DNA of 64,000 bases from positions 1,178,001 through 1,242,000 of the forward strand of contig LSRY02000025.1 in the NCBI GenBank assembly GCA_001643675.2. The letters run 5' to 3'. Below the pieces are notes generated by a model that was not told where the DNA came from, did no database searches, and worked only from the letters and a program-made list of their open reading frames with translations. Shown piece after piece: positions 1 through 12,666 of the stretch (its first letter is position 1; every line of letters starts with the position of its first letter). Both the position numbers and the translations under genes were made by a program. The DNA comes from Monocercomonoides exilis PA203 (Eukaryota > Protista > Preaxostyla).

Positions 1-2205
1 AAAGTCGTTCGATATTCTTTGTATAAGAGAAACAAGCAGGACAGGGAAATAGTTACACAAATCTTTGAAAAGAGAAAAACAGAATCGCTAAGAAGAGACA
101 ACCATTTGTCATTTCTTCATGAGATTCCTTCACTTTTGGATACAAAAGTACTTATTGTTGAACAGAAACATTCCAAAAATTCATCGATTTCTTCTTTGAC
201 TGTCTTGTCACCAACTGAATCAACAGCCATCCAACAATCACATCTATCAACATCTCAACTGGACGGTATACAGAGTTCAGATTCCAGCGCTATTCTTGAT
301 CTTCCTTTGTTCACTCAATCAATTGAAAGGGCCCGCCAATATGATTCTGCACAAGGTGAGAGTCAGCAAGAGAATCAAGATGTGCAAGTATCTAAAGGCT
401 TATTATCTATGAATTCTGGAGGAAGTGATAGTTTAATCCTTCAGACAATAGAACATTCTTCGAATAATCTCACTCGCTCGCATTCACTCAGAAGTTCTTC
501 TCCAACCCGATCAAAGACAGTAGCCCGTAGTTCGACTATGAGAGAAGTATCTTCTTCATCTGCTTCATTGGATTCTTCTGATTCATTAGATATTTTGCCT
601 TTTTCTTATTCAACATCTTCATCTTCAGCAGCGTCAAGATCAAATTCTATATCTCCTTCAAAGAATCTGAAAAATAATCAAAAATTTAACATTGAAAACG
701 ATTCGATGCAGATGCAACTTCAGAAGAATCAAACTTCTATTACTTCTTTAATTATCGACCATGAAGAAATAATTGAAAACATTCTTCCATCTTTCATTGC
801 CAGACAAAGGCAAAAGCAGTATGATACAAAAATTAAAGCACTTAAAAGCTTGTCAGTGAGAAGAATGAAAGAAAAGAATTTGAATTTGGCAGTATCTCAG
901 AATTTACAGCAAAACGTTTTAAGTAGTGGGAACAGCATGAAAGGAGAATCACATAAAGCAGATGAAATGTGGAGTGACAACGATCTTAATGGAGATGGAG
1001 ATGGAGATGAGGATATGATGCTAACAGAAGACGATTTCTTTGAGCAGACTGGTATTCCGCCGATTATGGACTCTTGTGAAATATCACTAAAGAGGGTGTT
1101 CTGCAAATGCAATGCTGAGAGGAAGAAGCAGCGTGCTCGCTTGAAGCAGTTGTATTTGAAGACTAAGCACACACTTGTTGGATGGTCTGAAATAAGCGCC
1201 CGCTTAAAATCTGCTCCTTCTTGCACAGATATCAAATGGCTTGAAGACATTGGCCAATCAGGTATGAGTTTTATATTTTCTTCAAAAAATAAAATTCCAT
1301 TAAATTTTCAAATTTGTCAAACATTAATCGAAAAATTTTATTTATCGATAATTTGAAATTTTTTAGTTTATCAACCTGTCACATGCCCTTGTCTTGCTGC
1401 CGGTGAGCCTTGTTCCCCAGCATGTGATTGTGACGGATGTAACAATCCTCTAAATGAACTTCCGTTATCGCACATGTCATTTTGCTGTCGTGGAAATCTT
1501 CTTGCATATCTCCTTTGCTTGCGAAGAGGAGAGCTTTCTGTTACTCTTCTTCTTCCGTGTAAACGACCTCATCATTTGAATGTGACTTCATTGATTCGTT
1601 ATCCCTCTGCCTCTTCAACACTTTTACCACCACTTGCCGGACCTGATTCAAGTACATCCATCGCAGCCACTCAACCATCTGGAGGGCAAGAACAGAAAAG
1701 TTTAAAGCTGATTAACTCTGCAGATCAAGGCTCGTTATGTTATAATGAATGGAAGTGCAGCTGTGGCGAAGTTTTCTTTTATTCTTTTTGTCAAAAAGAA
1801 GTTCTCTCAGTAAATGAATGGTGGCATTGTGATGTTTGCAACATGTGCAGAAAAGCAAGCTTCTCTCATTGTGCTTTGTGTAATCATTGTTCACCACAAG
1901 ACCAACTGGGGTGTGTGTTCTGCACAAACAGAACCGCTCTGATAGAGTGGAAGCGAGTGAATGATGGACTTGGAACAAGACGCTCATTACGTTCACAAGA
2001 GAATACTCGACTCGTTCCGTCTCGTCCAAATCTAACTGGCCATGAAGCTCTTCATGCACAGAGATGGGAGAAGCCTGTGCTCATGCGAGATTGGTGTTGG
2101 TCACGAGAACGATTAATGGACAGAAAATGGAATTATCCTCCTGAAATATTTCCCATTGGAATGGTAATGTGGATTGGAATTGATGAATCTTTGCAGTTGA
2201 GATAA
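1..2205 (+). CDS. 5'-truncated Ser-rich protein with split CXC (MSL2/tesmin-like) domain and C-terminal Cys/His Zn cluster; exons <1-1261 and 1367-2205
   Basis: Frame is open from base 1. A GTATGA..TTTTAG intron (1262-1366) joins ORF 19..1356 in frame to ORF 1474..2205, giving CKC...C...TCPCLAAGEPCSPACDCDGCNNP and later WHCDVCNMCRKASFSHCALCNHC. Confidence 0.75.
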
Positions 2206-2666
2206 TATTTATTGATATTCGTGCATTGTCACTTGTTCTGAGTTCAACTTTTGAAGAATGCTCATTTATAAAATAATTATTTTTTTTTAATGTTCTTTTG
2301 GTGTGATTTTTATTTTAAGTCCTTGGAATAATTTTTTGAAAAGTCTGTACTTCTTTATTTGCTTATTATTATTTTCAAAAAATGTGTGTTTCGTTCTTTT
2401 TATTCATCGTTTGGAAAAATAGTTACATAACGAGCACAACTTTATCGTTATCAACAAACAAAATTAATAATTATATCGTTGAAATTAAAATGATAAAAAA
2501 TTAAAATGGAGATTTAAAATGAAGTATGAAAAAAAGAAAAAGAAGAAGAAATTCAATCTTCGAATGAAGTTGCATAAAGAAAAAGAGCGACTCTTGTTCT
2601 CTCTGCAAATAAATGAGAATGAATGACATCCTAAAAGTCAAATGAATGGTGGTGAAAAAACATTAT

Positions 2667-4074
2667 TTATAAATATGGAAAATAATTTTCAAATTCTTTG
2701 TTCAAACTAAGACCTTTATTTCTTTGCTTAATCATGCAAGGGTTCAACGCAACAATGTCATCTTCATATCCTTCTTCCTCCAGTTTGTCAAATATCTTTC
2801 TCACTGTCTCTTTTCGTTTTGCCTCAGCTCTTTCGTCTCTATACTTTAATCTCAATCTTGAATAAAGTTTTTCAAGATTGTACAAGCAATTTTTAGTTGA
2901 TAAATTAATCAATTCTAATTTGGTTGCTTTCTTCATAGAAGCATCAAATGCTCCACCTTTCAGAAAGTCATCAACTTCCAAATAGATAGTCATTAATGAT
3001 AATCTAAAAGTTTCAGTACATTCAAAGCTAATATCTTCATAATTATCTTTTGCGACTCGAAATATTCGAACAACTATGTTTATAAGCCCAACAAATTCCT
3101 CTTTCCTCTTTTTGAAAACCCACAAAAAATTTCTGACTGTTGCAATCCAACTAGAAATTATCGGCATTTCTTTCCTTTCTTTTCCTCTTTTTTCCTCCTT
3201 TCCCTCCCAATTCACGCACTTGAACAGTTCTTCCATTTCTCCAATTGCTTCCCTCACAAAATGAAATTCGTTGACAACTAAATCTTCCAAGCTTTCGTTG
3301 TTGAAAAATCTTTTTATCAAAAAGTTCCAAGCTGACTGATAGGCAAGTCGTGTGAGGTTGTGGTGATTTTGGTGATATAGGATGATTTCTGTAATTTCTT
3401 TCAGATAAAGTTCTGGTTTCACTTTCTAAATTTTAAAAAAAAATATTTTTAAAAAACAATAAATGAACATCGAAAAAGAAGCAGAAGAATTCATGCGTTA
3501 TATTTCCAAATGCCACTCAAAGCAGACAAAGCCATTTCCACTTCTTTTTGAGTTTCTTTGTTTTCTTCATTGTTCAATGCCACTCTGAAAATGCAAGGCA
3601 GACATATTTCAAGCAACTTGTTGGGTACACTATAATTATTGTTCATCAGATAGCATGTGCACAGATCAATCAATAGCTTTTCGTTTCTTTTTTCTTTTTT
3701 CACCTCTTCTTCTGCAATGAGTTTCTCAAAAGTTGCACGAAGCGAAAAATGAAAATTTTCCCTAACATCTCGGTTGTTTGGCTTACAATATTCAATGTGT
3801 TTCAACAGTAACAATGCATTTTCTATCGATATCTTCCTTTTTTCAATCATTTTGTTGACTTTTTTGAACAGTTCTTCTGTGAAAAAGGATTTAAATTCTT
3901 CATTATTTATTGCCTCTACAGATGCGTTCATTTCTTCAATTTTCCGTTTTTGTTCATCTTCATCGCAATCTTCCAGTTCAAAAAGAAATTCTGAATGAAA
4001 TAATGAAATATCAAAAATTAAAAACTCAGGTGTATTATTGTTTGCAAGCTTTTAAATTTTTCGTCAGTGCTCAT
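2667..4074 (-). CDS. Member of a large lineage-specific helical protein family (Monocercomonoides-type); exons 4074-4050, 3990-3497, 3425-2667
   Basis: Splicing at GC..AG introns 4049-3991 and 3496-3426 gives one ORF: MSTDEKFKKFLFELEDCDEDEQKRKIEEMN...KEVEMALSALS...ELYLKEITEIILYHQNHHNLTRLAYQSAWNFL...FDKLEEEGYED. I recognise these motifs from the expanded oxymonad family. Confidence 0.7.
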
Positions 4075-4325
4075 CTCCAGGATTTCAGAAAAAGGTACAG
4101 ATTTGGAAAATAACAAGATTTTCCATTCATATGAAAAATGATATTCAATGAAAAAAATATAATATAAAATAAAACATCTCGCTTCAAAATATATGTTGGT
4201 GCTCGTACCATCTTTCAATTTGGTAATTTTGACAAGAAACAGTGGAGAAAAGCAATGATTAATTGGCTTTTTCAAATGTTAAGGGTGCTAAGTTCAGTTT
4301 GTTTGTTAAGGAAAACTTAAATCCA

Positions 4326-4327
<2 letters not shown>

Positions 4328-4405
<78 letters not shown>
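4328..4405. repeat. (TAA)n microsatellite, about 26 units
   Basis: Perfect trinucleotide run, read directly from the sequence. Confidence 0.95.
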
Positions 4406-4430
4406 GACAAGTGCGACAAGGGCTAAATTT

Positions 4431-4456
4431 GTCGGTTACGGACACAAGTGACCGAC
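4431..4456. other. GC-rich hairpin GTCGGTTAC-N8-GTGACCGAC (possible Helentron/DINE-like element end)
   Basis: 9-bp stem with one G-U pair in very AT-rich flanks, about 25 nt from ACAAG and the (TAA)n tract. Confidence 0.4.
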
Positions 4457-5099
4457 GAGCCAATTATTTCGTGATAAAAACCTTCATTTGTCAAAAAAAT
4501 TCATTTTCTGAAATTTTTCGAAAAATAAGAGAGAAGTTCATTTCAAATTTGAATTTGTTAATAAATATTTAATGATTCAAATTTGGGTGATTTTTTTTGA
4601 CATCATAAAAAAAGTTCAAAAATCGAAAAAATAAAATGAATTGTGGTATTTGTTGATCAATGAATAAAATTTATTTTTTTTTGAAAGTATTTAGCTTTTG
4701 AAACTGTGATTTATATGTGTTTTATTTATTTATTGAAAAAAACATACCTTTTTCAGACTTTTAGTGAAAATAATTTTTATGATCAAGTTTCCTTAAAAAA
4801 ATATGAAAACAGAAAATTCAAACTTTAAAAAGAAAATAGCAAGTTTCATAACTTGCAAAACTAAACTTATTAAGAAAAATTATATTTATTGAACAATGTT
4901 GATGGATATTAATGTTCAAAATTTCATTCCTCCAAATTATATTCAATGAGTTTTGTTTTTATTGAGCTGAAATTTCATCTCCAAGTTCCTGTTCCAGCCG
5001 TTCAGTTCAATGGTATAATAAAACAATGAACTTAATGGTGGGGAAACAACAACAGACGATCGCAACAGAGTCAATCTCTTCTTTTCTTTCCTAATTATT

Positions 5100-8000
5100 C
5101 TTATGAAATGATTATCTAACTTTCTTCTCCATCCGCTGCCCATCTTTTTTCAGTTTCTGCTCCACTTCATCGAAATCTCCCATTTGATAATGTTGCCCAT
5201 GTTGTCTTCTTTTATCTCCACCGTTTTCCAAATAAATCTTTCATTACACTGTTTTTCGCTTCTCATATGAAAAAAAGAACTTGTGAAGCTTATTCTGAGA
5301 ATTCATTTCGTTCATTTTCTTTTCTTTCTTCTCCTCTTTGGAATCTCCTTCTTCCTCAACCACACCTTCATCATCAGTCTCGCATTTGACAATCCCAGCA
5401 TATTCCACCTCATCTCCATAACAAACCGATTTTCCTTCAACTCCTTCAACATCTCCGACTGTTCCATGAGCAGCGTCATCTTGGAATACAGAAACCAGCA
5501 AATTTCCTCGCACAACAAGTTTTCCTTGATGTGAATATCAGCCGGTTCAGTATGATTGAAGAGGTAAATGAAGGAAGAGGAAGAGGAAGTAGAAGAAAAC
5601 GAAGGAAGAGTAAGAGATAGAGGAAGTCATTGAGAAAAACTTGAGGAAGGTGATATAGCATGAAGCTGAAGAACAAAGCTTTGTTTGTTTTGAAGTTCAT
5701 GATGATAGATAAGATGATGAAAAAAAAGAAGAAGAAACAGAAGCAGTTGTGTTTCATGTTATGCTCAGATGGGATCGAACTTAATGGAATTTGTTTCAGT
5801 CGTATCAGATAAGGAGTTCTATGAAAACAGTTTTGATCGAGTCGATTGCTTTGTTTTCTGTTGAATCTTGTGCATGTTCTGACAGAGAAAAAGAAATCCC
5901 TCGCGACAGAGGAAGAGGAGAGAGAAGAAAGAGGATGCTGCTTTTGTTGCGGAGAAGAGAAAGAAGAAGATGATGAATTGACAGATGAAATAGAAGATAG
6001 AGCGAGATATGACGAAGTGTCTGTTATTATTGTTGCGATGAGCAAAGAAAAGAAATCTCATAAAAAAACTGAATTGAGAAGTTGAGTCACAGCCTGATTG
6101 CACATTTCCTCCACTGCATCTGTGAAAGGATGAAGAATAGAATTGAATATTCAAAAAAAAAAAAATAATTACAAAAATAAATTATGACAAAATTATTCTT
6201 GTATCAAATGATATATCAAACCATCAATATCTTTGCGGAAAGGGGGGAAATGAATGTGGCCAGCTCATCAGAATGGCAGAACGATAGAATCTGCTCTAAA
6301 CTCTCCTGCACGTGAAAGCAGATGCACCACTTGTCATCGATGCCTAGTGGATGTTGTGCTAGAGGATTGAAGAGGAAGAAGGCAGAAGAGAGAAGCTGTT
6401 GTGAGTGTCAGGTGAATGGGATGAGGTCAGAAGAGAAAAAAGAGGGAAAGAAGGTGGGCAACAACAATAACAACGACAATGATAACGTTAAGTCAGAGAA
6501 TTGATGTTGTGACTGTGAAGCGGAAGAAGAAGACGATGAAAGAAAAGATTCAGAAGCAGTAGCAGAAAAAGAAGAAAGAGAAGAAAGAAGGAATAAGAAG
6601 TTGTGAAGGAAGATGATGTGTTGGCAGATACAGATATTGAAAAAGTGTGTTGCATTTCGATGATTTTTTGCTGAATCCTTCTTCGATTTATTATTTCGTG
6701 TGGAAAATGTAAGGTAAGTGTGGTTAGAATCGAAACAGGCTTATTCTTCATTTTTTCTTCTTTCATCTTTTCATTTGATCCCCTTTCTTTCTAAGCCTTT
6801 CGAATATCTTTATCAAATACATCTTCTTCTTTTTCTTCTTTCTCATTATCAACGCATTTGCCTGTTAGAAGCAACAATCCATTTTCACCCTTATCACTTG
6901 CAAACTCATTTGCATTCCTCTTCTAATCCTTCTTCTCTCCCTTTCCACCCTTCTCACCTTCCACCAGAATCCACTTTCTTTCCACATACGCTGCACAGTT
7001 CAGAAGGATGCTCTGTGGCTCAAACACATCCCTCGTCGCTGACACGCTGATGCTTGCAAACACACCAGCATTGCCCAATCTGCTCTTCCGGAGAATCATA
7101 AAACAGATATGCAGCGAAACTGAAGAAATAGATGAATGAGAGTGAGAGGAAGAGATTTGGCCGGATGCTCAAATGGACTTTAGTGTGAGTGAAGAGAAGT
7201 CTGTGGATGGTGGCGAAGGAGTGAGTGGCTTTGGAGGAGTTCCAACAAGAACAGAAGGGGCAGACAATTGCGTGTGTGGCAAGGGAGAAAAAGGAGGAGT
7301 GGCAAATGTTGAGGAGGCTGTGATGTTTTGAGTGTGCAGTTGCGCAGATGAGAGTATGCTGTCAAACGAATAAAATGTCTGCTGCTGTTCATCATCATTT
7401 TCATCACCTCCTTCTTCTCTTCCCATGTCCCTCCTCCTCCTTTCTGTTACTGCCTGTGGAAGCCTTGTATCGAAAGCGTCATTTTGCAATGTGCGAAACT
7501 CGTCTTTCTCATTTATCTTCGTCTTCGGCTTTGACGTTTCCAGCTGACTCCTTTCCTCTGCTCTGCGCTCAATTTGCTTTTGAAATCCACCTTTTTTGCC
7601 TCTTCCATTTGAACATGCAGTCCTCTCTCTTCGCTTTTTGGCGGTGTTATAAAGCGAGCGGATGAACGCAATGTGCCTTGAAGCTCCTTTCCTCTTCCAC
7701 TGCCATTTCTCATTCGATGCCCATTCGCCTCATTCACCCTGTTTAGCACAGCCGGAGTGCTGAAGCCGTACGAAGTGCTGAAGCAGAGCGGAATGCGTCT
7801 CTGAGGAAGAGGAAAACAGTTCAAATGCATATCCAGTGAAGCTGCAGAATGCATTGATGGTGACGATGATGATGAGAATAATGAAAAATGAGGAGGATGG
7901 GAAGGAGAAGGAGAAGGAGAGGGAGAGGAGCAGGACGATCTATTTGAATACAGAGGAATCTGCAGGATCTGAACAGAGCTGAACATTCCATCTCTGTCAG

Positions 8001-8558
8001 CTGAAAGAGAAGTGTCTGTTTTGTCTTGCCCAGCCAAAGAGCTGCCCATGCAATCAGAGCGAGGATGTGCAGATGGTAGTGGAGGAGAGCATGCTGCATA
8101 AGGGAGTGGTAACTCAGCAGGAATTTGTGCTGGAAAGCGTATATCGTTGACTGTGTGTGTTTCCTGCTGCTTCCCCAGCGACTCAATAAACCGCCTCTCT
8201 CGCTCTGCAATGGGGATCGCTTGCGCCTCTGATCCGATCGGTTGCAAAGAGGCTGATGATACAGCATGCCGAGCACCTGCAAGGCTGAAGCAGCCAGAGA
8301 GTACACGCCCGACAAATGACTGAAGCCTGTGTTGATGAAGTGAAAAGCATGTTGTTGCCAAGCACAGCAAAAATACAGAAAATAGCAACAGAAATAACAA
8401 ACAAGTTGACAAAAATATCATTTTAAACAAAATGACAAAAACGCAAACCACTCCAAGTTTTCTCTATCCACGGGGTAATTGTCGTAAGTCCCAAGAAACA
8501 GTTTGAAGCGTCCGTCCAATTCAGAACAAAACGAAGGAGCACATGCTTTCAAATTCAT
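5100..8558 (-). pseudogene. Decayed multi-exon gene of unknown function
   Basis: Exon 8558-8449 splices in phase (GTTTGC..ACAG intron 8448-8327) onto ORF 7513..8451. Downstream coding-like Ser/Glu-rich frames are broken by stops (e.g. ...GEKKD*KRNANEF...DIRKA* near 6930-6790) and frame changes. Boundaries are approximate. Confidence 0.4.
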
Positions 8559-10673
8559 CTGGACACAACAGAATAAACAGCAAGCACACACACAAACACA
8601 AAATAATAGTCAAAATGGATATCCTTTAACCTTTTTGATAATAAAAAATATCTTTTCAAGCCCGCAATGACGCTATTTGATTACGCAGAAAACGAATGTT
8701 GTGATCCGAACAGCTCTCCAAAAAATGATTCGTGAGTGTCATCGAAACAGACTCTCATATTCCAATAACTTGCATGAGCTGCGGAAGAAAGACGAGATAA
8801 TCTGTAATTGGTTCGATTCTCTGACACAACAGGAAGTGAGAGGATCAACAAAGATGAATGTGAAGAAGGCAAAGAAGAAGAAGCAATTGAAAAATGTGAT
8901 TTCAGTCGAACGAAATTCATGAAGTTGAAAATAATTTGTATGAAGTCGTTGATTGGACCAAATATTTTATTCAATGAGTTGATTTCATATATGGTAACAC
9001 AATCGTTATCATAATATTTGTTGAAGGCTGAAGGAAATTAATTCATGAAAAATAATATCCTCAGTTCGTTGACTTTCTTTTTGTAAATGTTCTGCCCTTC
9101 ACTTAGAAACAAAAAATAAAGATATTTCTTAATTTCTTTCCTCTTCCAATTTTCCTCTTTCGTTCAACCCCCAAAATCATCAGAAAATACCAATTCCCTT
9201 CCTTTTCTTCAGAATTCTCAATCTCTTCCAAAATATCCTCTCCTCTCATAAAAAAAATACCCCTTTTCCATTCGGATATTTCAGAATATTCATCCTCTGT
9301 CCCGCTTTTGCCCTCTTTTATTTCTTTTCAAATTCCATTTCTCCAATCGCCAATTATCACTTTCTTCATCATCCCCAACCACTTCTCTACATATTTTCTA
9401 TTTTTTCTCCTCCGAATTTCCACTTGCTCTTCTCCACCTCTTTGTCTCCAAATTTCTTTCATACAAAAGCCCCTCTTGAAACATTAACATTCAAAAAAAA
9501 ACTCAGCTCCAGCCCTTTCCCACAGAAAATCCTCTTCCATCACTTGGATGCACCATATATCTCCTGTGCCTGCTATTGACGAGATAAAAACGAAATACAA
9601 CTTTGGGTGTTTGAAAACATTTTTTAGGGGTTGATCAAAGAAATAATGAAAAATCTGGCTGAACATCCACAGCACTGCGGGTGGGCAGAAACGAACCTCC
9701 TATAAGATAAACAAAAAATTATGGTGAGAAGCATTCCATATTGTATTCAGCCACTCAGAAGTTGAAGCAATGAGGAGAGTTTTTATAATAATGACGTCTT
9801 CAAAGATGAGCGTGATGAAAAAATGCAATCGAAGAGCAGTTTGGTATTTATTTGTTTTTCTATATGTGAATATTTGTCTGTTGATTGATTTTGAATTTAT
9901 TTCAGAGCAGCAGGCACAAATTAATGAAATTGAATAAAAGAGGGATTTCTCGTAATCAAGGGTGACTGTCGAATTGGGACAGCGAATTCATATGGAAAGT
10001 GCCCAGGGTGAAGGAATTTGAATGGAAATTGACGATGATATTCTTTGAAGAAATACAGAGTGCCATGAATTGAGAAAGATGGAAGTGAATGGAAAGCAAA
10101 AATCTTTCATTTTTCGAAAAAGCAAGAAATCGATGCGTTTGATGGAGAAATGACTTCTGGAAAGGACAGTTGGAGAATCAGATGATGAAGCGCTGAAAAT
10201 TGAATGTTTTCATTTGTTATTTGTCGATTTCGACTTCACTTATTCTATTCTTTTTCAATAACATCATTAATTTAATTTTAAAAAAAAGATATTTATTAAT
10301 TAAATAAAAATAATCATTGCAGTAATGTTATATTAAAGATTGAACTTGTATTTTGAACTATTTATTGTAGTTTTGATATTTTTTATGATATATTTTTTAT
10401 TTCTTTCACAAATTTTAAATAAAAAACGATTAGAAACAAATTGAAATCAACAAATAAGTAATAATAATATTTTATTAAATTATATTTTCATTTTTTATCA
10501 AATTTGAATTATCTATTCAACCCAACCCTTAATGAATAAATTTTTTGATCAAACGTCGGAATTTTTTATGAAATCAAAAAAAATCACCCATTTGTCAGAA
10601 AACGAAAAAATAACTTTTAAATTAGAAAATCACAAAAATGGAGATTGGCTTTGTCACAAGATCAGTAAATGGT

Positions 10674-10803
10674 ATTGGAATAATAAAATTTTATTGAAAT
10701 AAATATAATAATTCGAATAATCAGATTTTATTCCAGATAACCCAAGTTTATTCGAATTAAAAAGGTTTATTCAAGAAAGACCAAGTTTATTCCAATTAAT
10801 CCC
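10674..10803. repeat. Small foldback array of about 20-bp units built on ATT(G/C)GAATAA / TTTATTC
   Basis: Three forward units (attggaataa, attgaaataaa, attcgaataa) followed by four reverse units (tttattccag, tttattcgaat, tttattcaag, tttattccaat). Confidence 0.55.
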
Positions 10804-10863
10804 TCAACAAATATTTTTTTTATCCTTTTTTTAATTCATATACACTGAATAATCAGAACATAT

Positions 10864-11770
10864 GGGTGATTAATTTTGATGTCATATTTTTCCATTCAAA
10901 AATTTCGGTTCGAAAAATCTCCCTTGAATATTAACAAAAGAACATAGAAAAGAGAATATGCATTCTCATAAGTCCATCGTTTTCAATTCAGCTAAAACAT
11001 TTGTTTTTGAAAAAGTTCTGATGTTTTAAGCACTTAAATCAAAAATCTTTCCCCAGTGACAAGCAATCTTTGAAAAAACAGCACACCGAAAAAAGTTATG
11101 ATTTCAAAAAGAATCACACATATTTTAATGAATAGATGTTAACACATGTTGTTCAATTCCGAATATTTTTATTTAACAGTTATGGTCCAAAATCGAAAAA
11201 TGTTAGTCTGTTATCCGAACAACAGCATCTGAGATCGAATGAAATTGCATGAAATATCACGAATATGTTAAATTCATGATCACAAAAATGAGGATTAAGC
11301 AGATGACATGCAATATTTGAAGGGTTTTTGCCAATGAAAGAAGAATCATTTTAAAACGAGGAAAGTGCGTTCAATCTTTTCATTATTCAATTAACAGATT
11401 CACAGAATTGCATTAAAATCAAAACTCAAAGCAGTTCACGAGAAAATACATCTTTAAGGGAAATTTTATAAATTTGATCTTTTTTGATCATTAGATCTGA
11501 AATTTTTATTTTTAATTTGTGTGATAATATTTGAAATCATATCTTTTTTCGGTGTGTTCATTTTTCAAAAGGTGAATATTTTTAAAATGCAATTTTAATT
11601 CAAAAGAGAAAAAGAAAAACATATGTTTTTGAAACGAAAATTAAAAACCGAATCAAAGATTTAAATGCATTCAATGAGCCTTTAAATTTTCAATTTTTTT
11701 ATTGATATTCAAAAGAAAAAAAAGAACCGAAATTTTTGGATGACAAAATATGATTTCAATAATAATCACC
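10864..11770. mobile_element. Degenerate long-inverted-repeat (foldback/MITE-like) element, arms about 260 bp
   Basis: ggtgatta..tcatatttt..caaaaatttcggttc (10865-10911) and cacaccgaaaaaagttatgatttcaaa..atcacac (11082-11120) have reverse-complement matches at 11724-11770 and 11518-11557. Confidence 0.65.
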
Positions 11771-12176
11771 AATTTTTCAATTGAAAAACTAAATATTGGA
11801 TAAAGAAAATTCACTGGAGACATTAAAATGCAAATTTCTTTCACATATATGAATGTGGACGAGTATTTCGAAGGAAAATGTCAAGTGTGCTGGTTTTTGC
11901 AAATGCGCGGGTTTTTCATCTAACTATCAAAATTAATTTTCGGTCTGTTTACCAATGTCAGGTATTCGAACATTTGAACTTTGAAATAAACCCGATTTCA
12001 CATTGGTGGGAGATGGGTAGGTTCAAGTTCTTCCATTGAGCTTTCAAGAGAAATTGGACTGTGCAAATGTCTGAAAATCTTTCTTATTCATTCAAAATTA
12101 AAAGTGTGATAAAAAAATTCTTCAATGAGAATAAATAAACAAAATTATTAATTAATGATCATAACCATAAAATATT

Positions 12177-12626
12177 CAGTCTAAACCGGATATAATCACT
12201 TCGAATAAAATCAGATTCGTTTATTGTCACATTTTTCGATGCACCGACATTTTTTGCTTGTTTTTCATTCATTTTTCATCGCATATAATCACAGTGATGA
12301 AAATATATAATCACAATTTTTATTATAATGAGTGATAATTTGAATAAAAAATCGATTTTTTGATCAATAATTTCAATATTTATCTTTTTCAAAAATGTGC
12401 TCAAATTAGTCAAAATAATGTGTATTTATGATCAAAATTGTTCAAGTAAGTGAAAAAAGTGTATTTGTGTAGAATTTCCAAAAATAAAAAAATCGACACA
12501 AAATAAATTATTACAAAAATTAAATTTCATATTTTTCTGTGTCAAGCATTATTGTGTTTAATCACAATCGGATATAGTCACAAAAAGTTGTGCAAAAACC
12601 AATGTGATTATATCCGGTTTTGACTG
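12177..12626. mobile_element. 450-bp pogo/Tc1-mariner-type MITE
   Basis: 23-bp TIRs CAGTCTAAACCGGATATAATCAC (12177-12199) and GTGATTATATCCGGTTTTGACTG (12604-12626), 22/23 identical. TA on the right flank, TT on the left. Internal copies of ATATAATCAC. Confidence 0.85.
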
Positions 12627-12666
12627 TATATGAAATTTCCAGTGAAAAAGAAAACTGAAGGAAGAA

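Noticed and set aside
4263-4451. Poly-Asn ORF
   Set aside because: Translation of the (AAT)n microsatellite.
9060-9560. Purine-skewed minus-strand stretch as a retroelement remnant
   Set aside because: No RT, RNase H or integrase motif recognisable; frames are broken.
10674-10803. CRISPR-like short repeats
   Set aside because: Units are degenerate, have no unique spacers and flip orientation; the context is eukaryotic with no cas genes.
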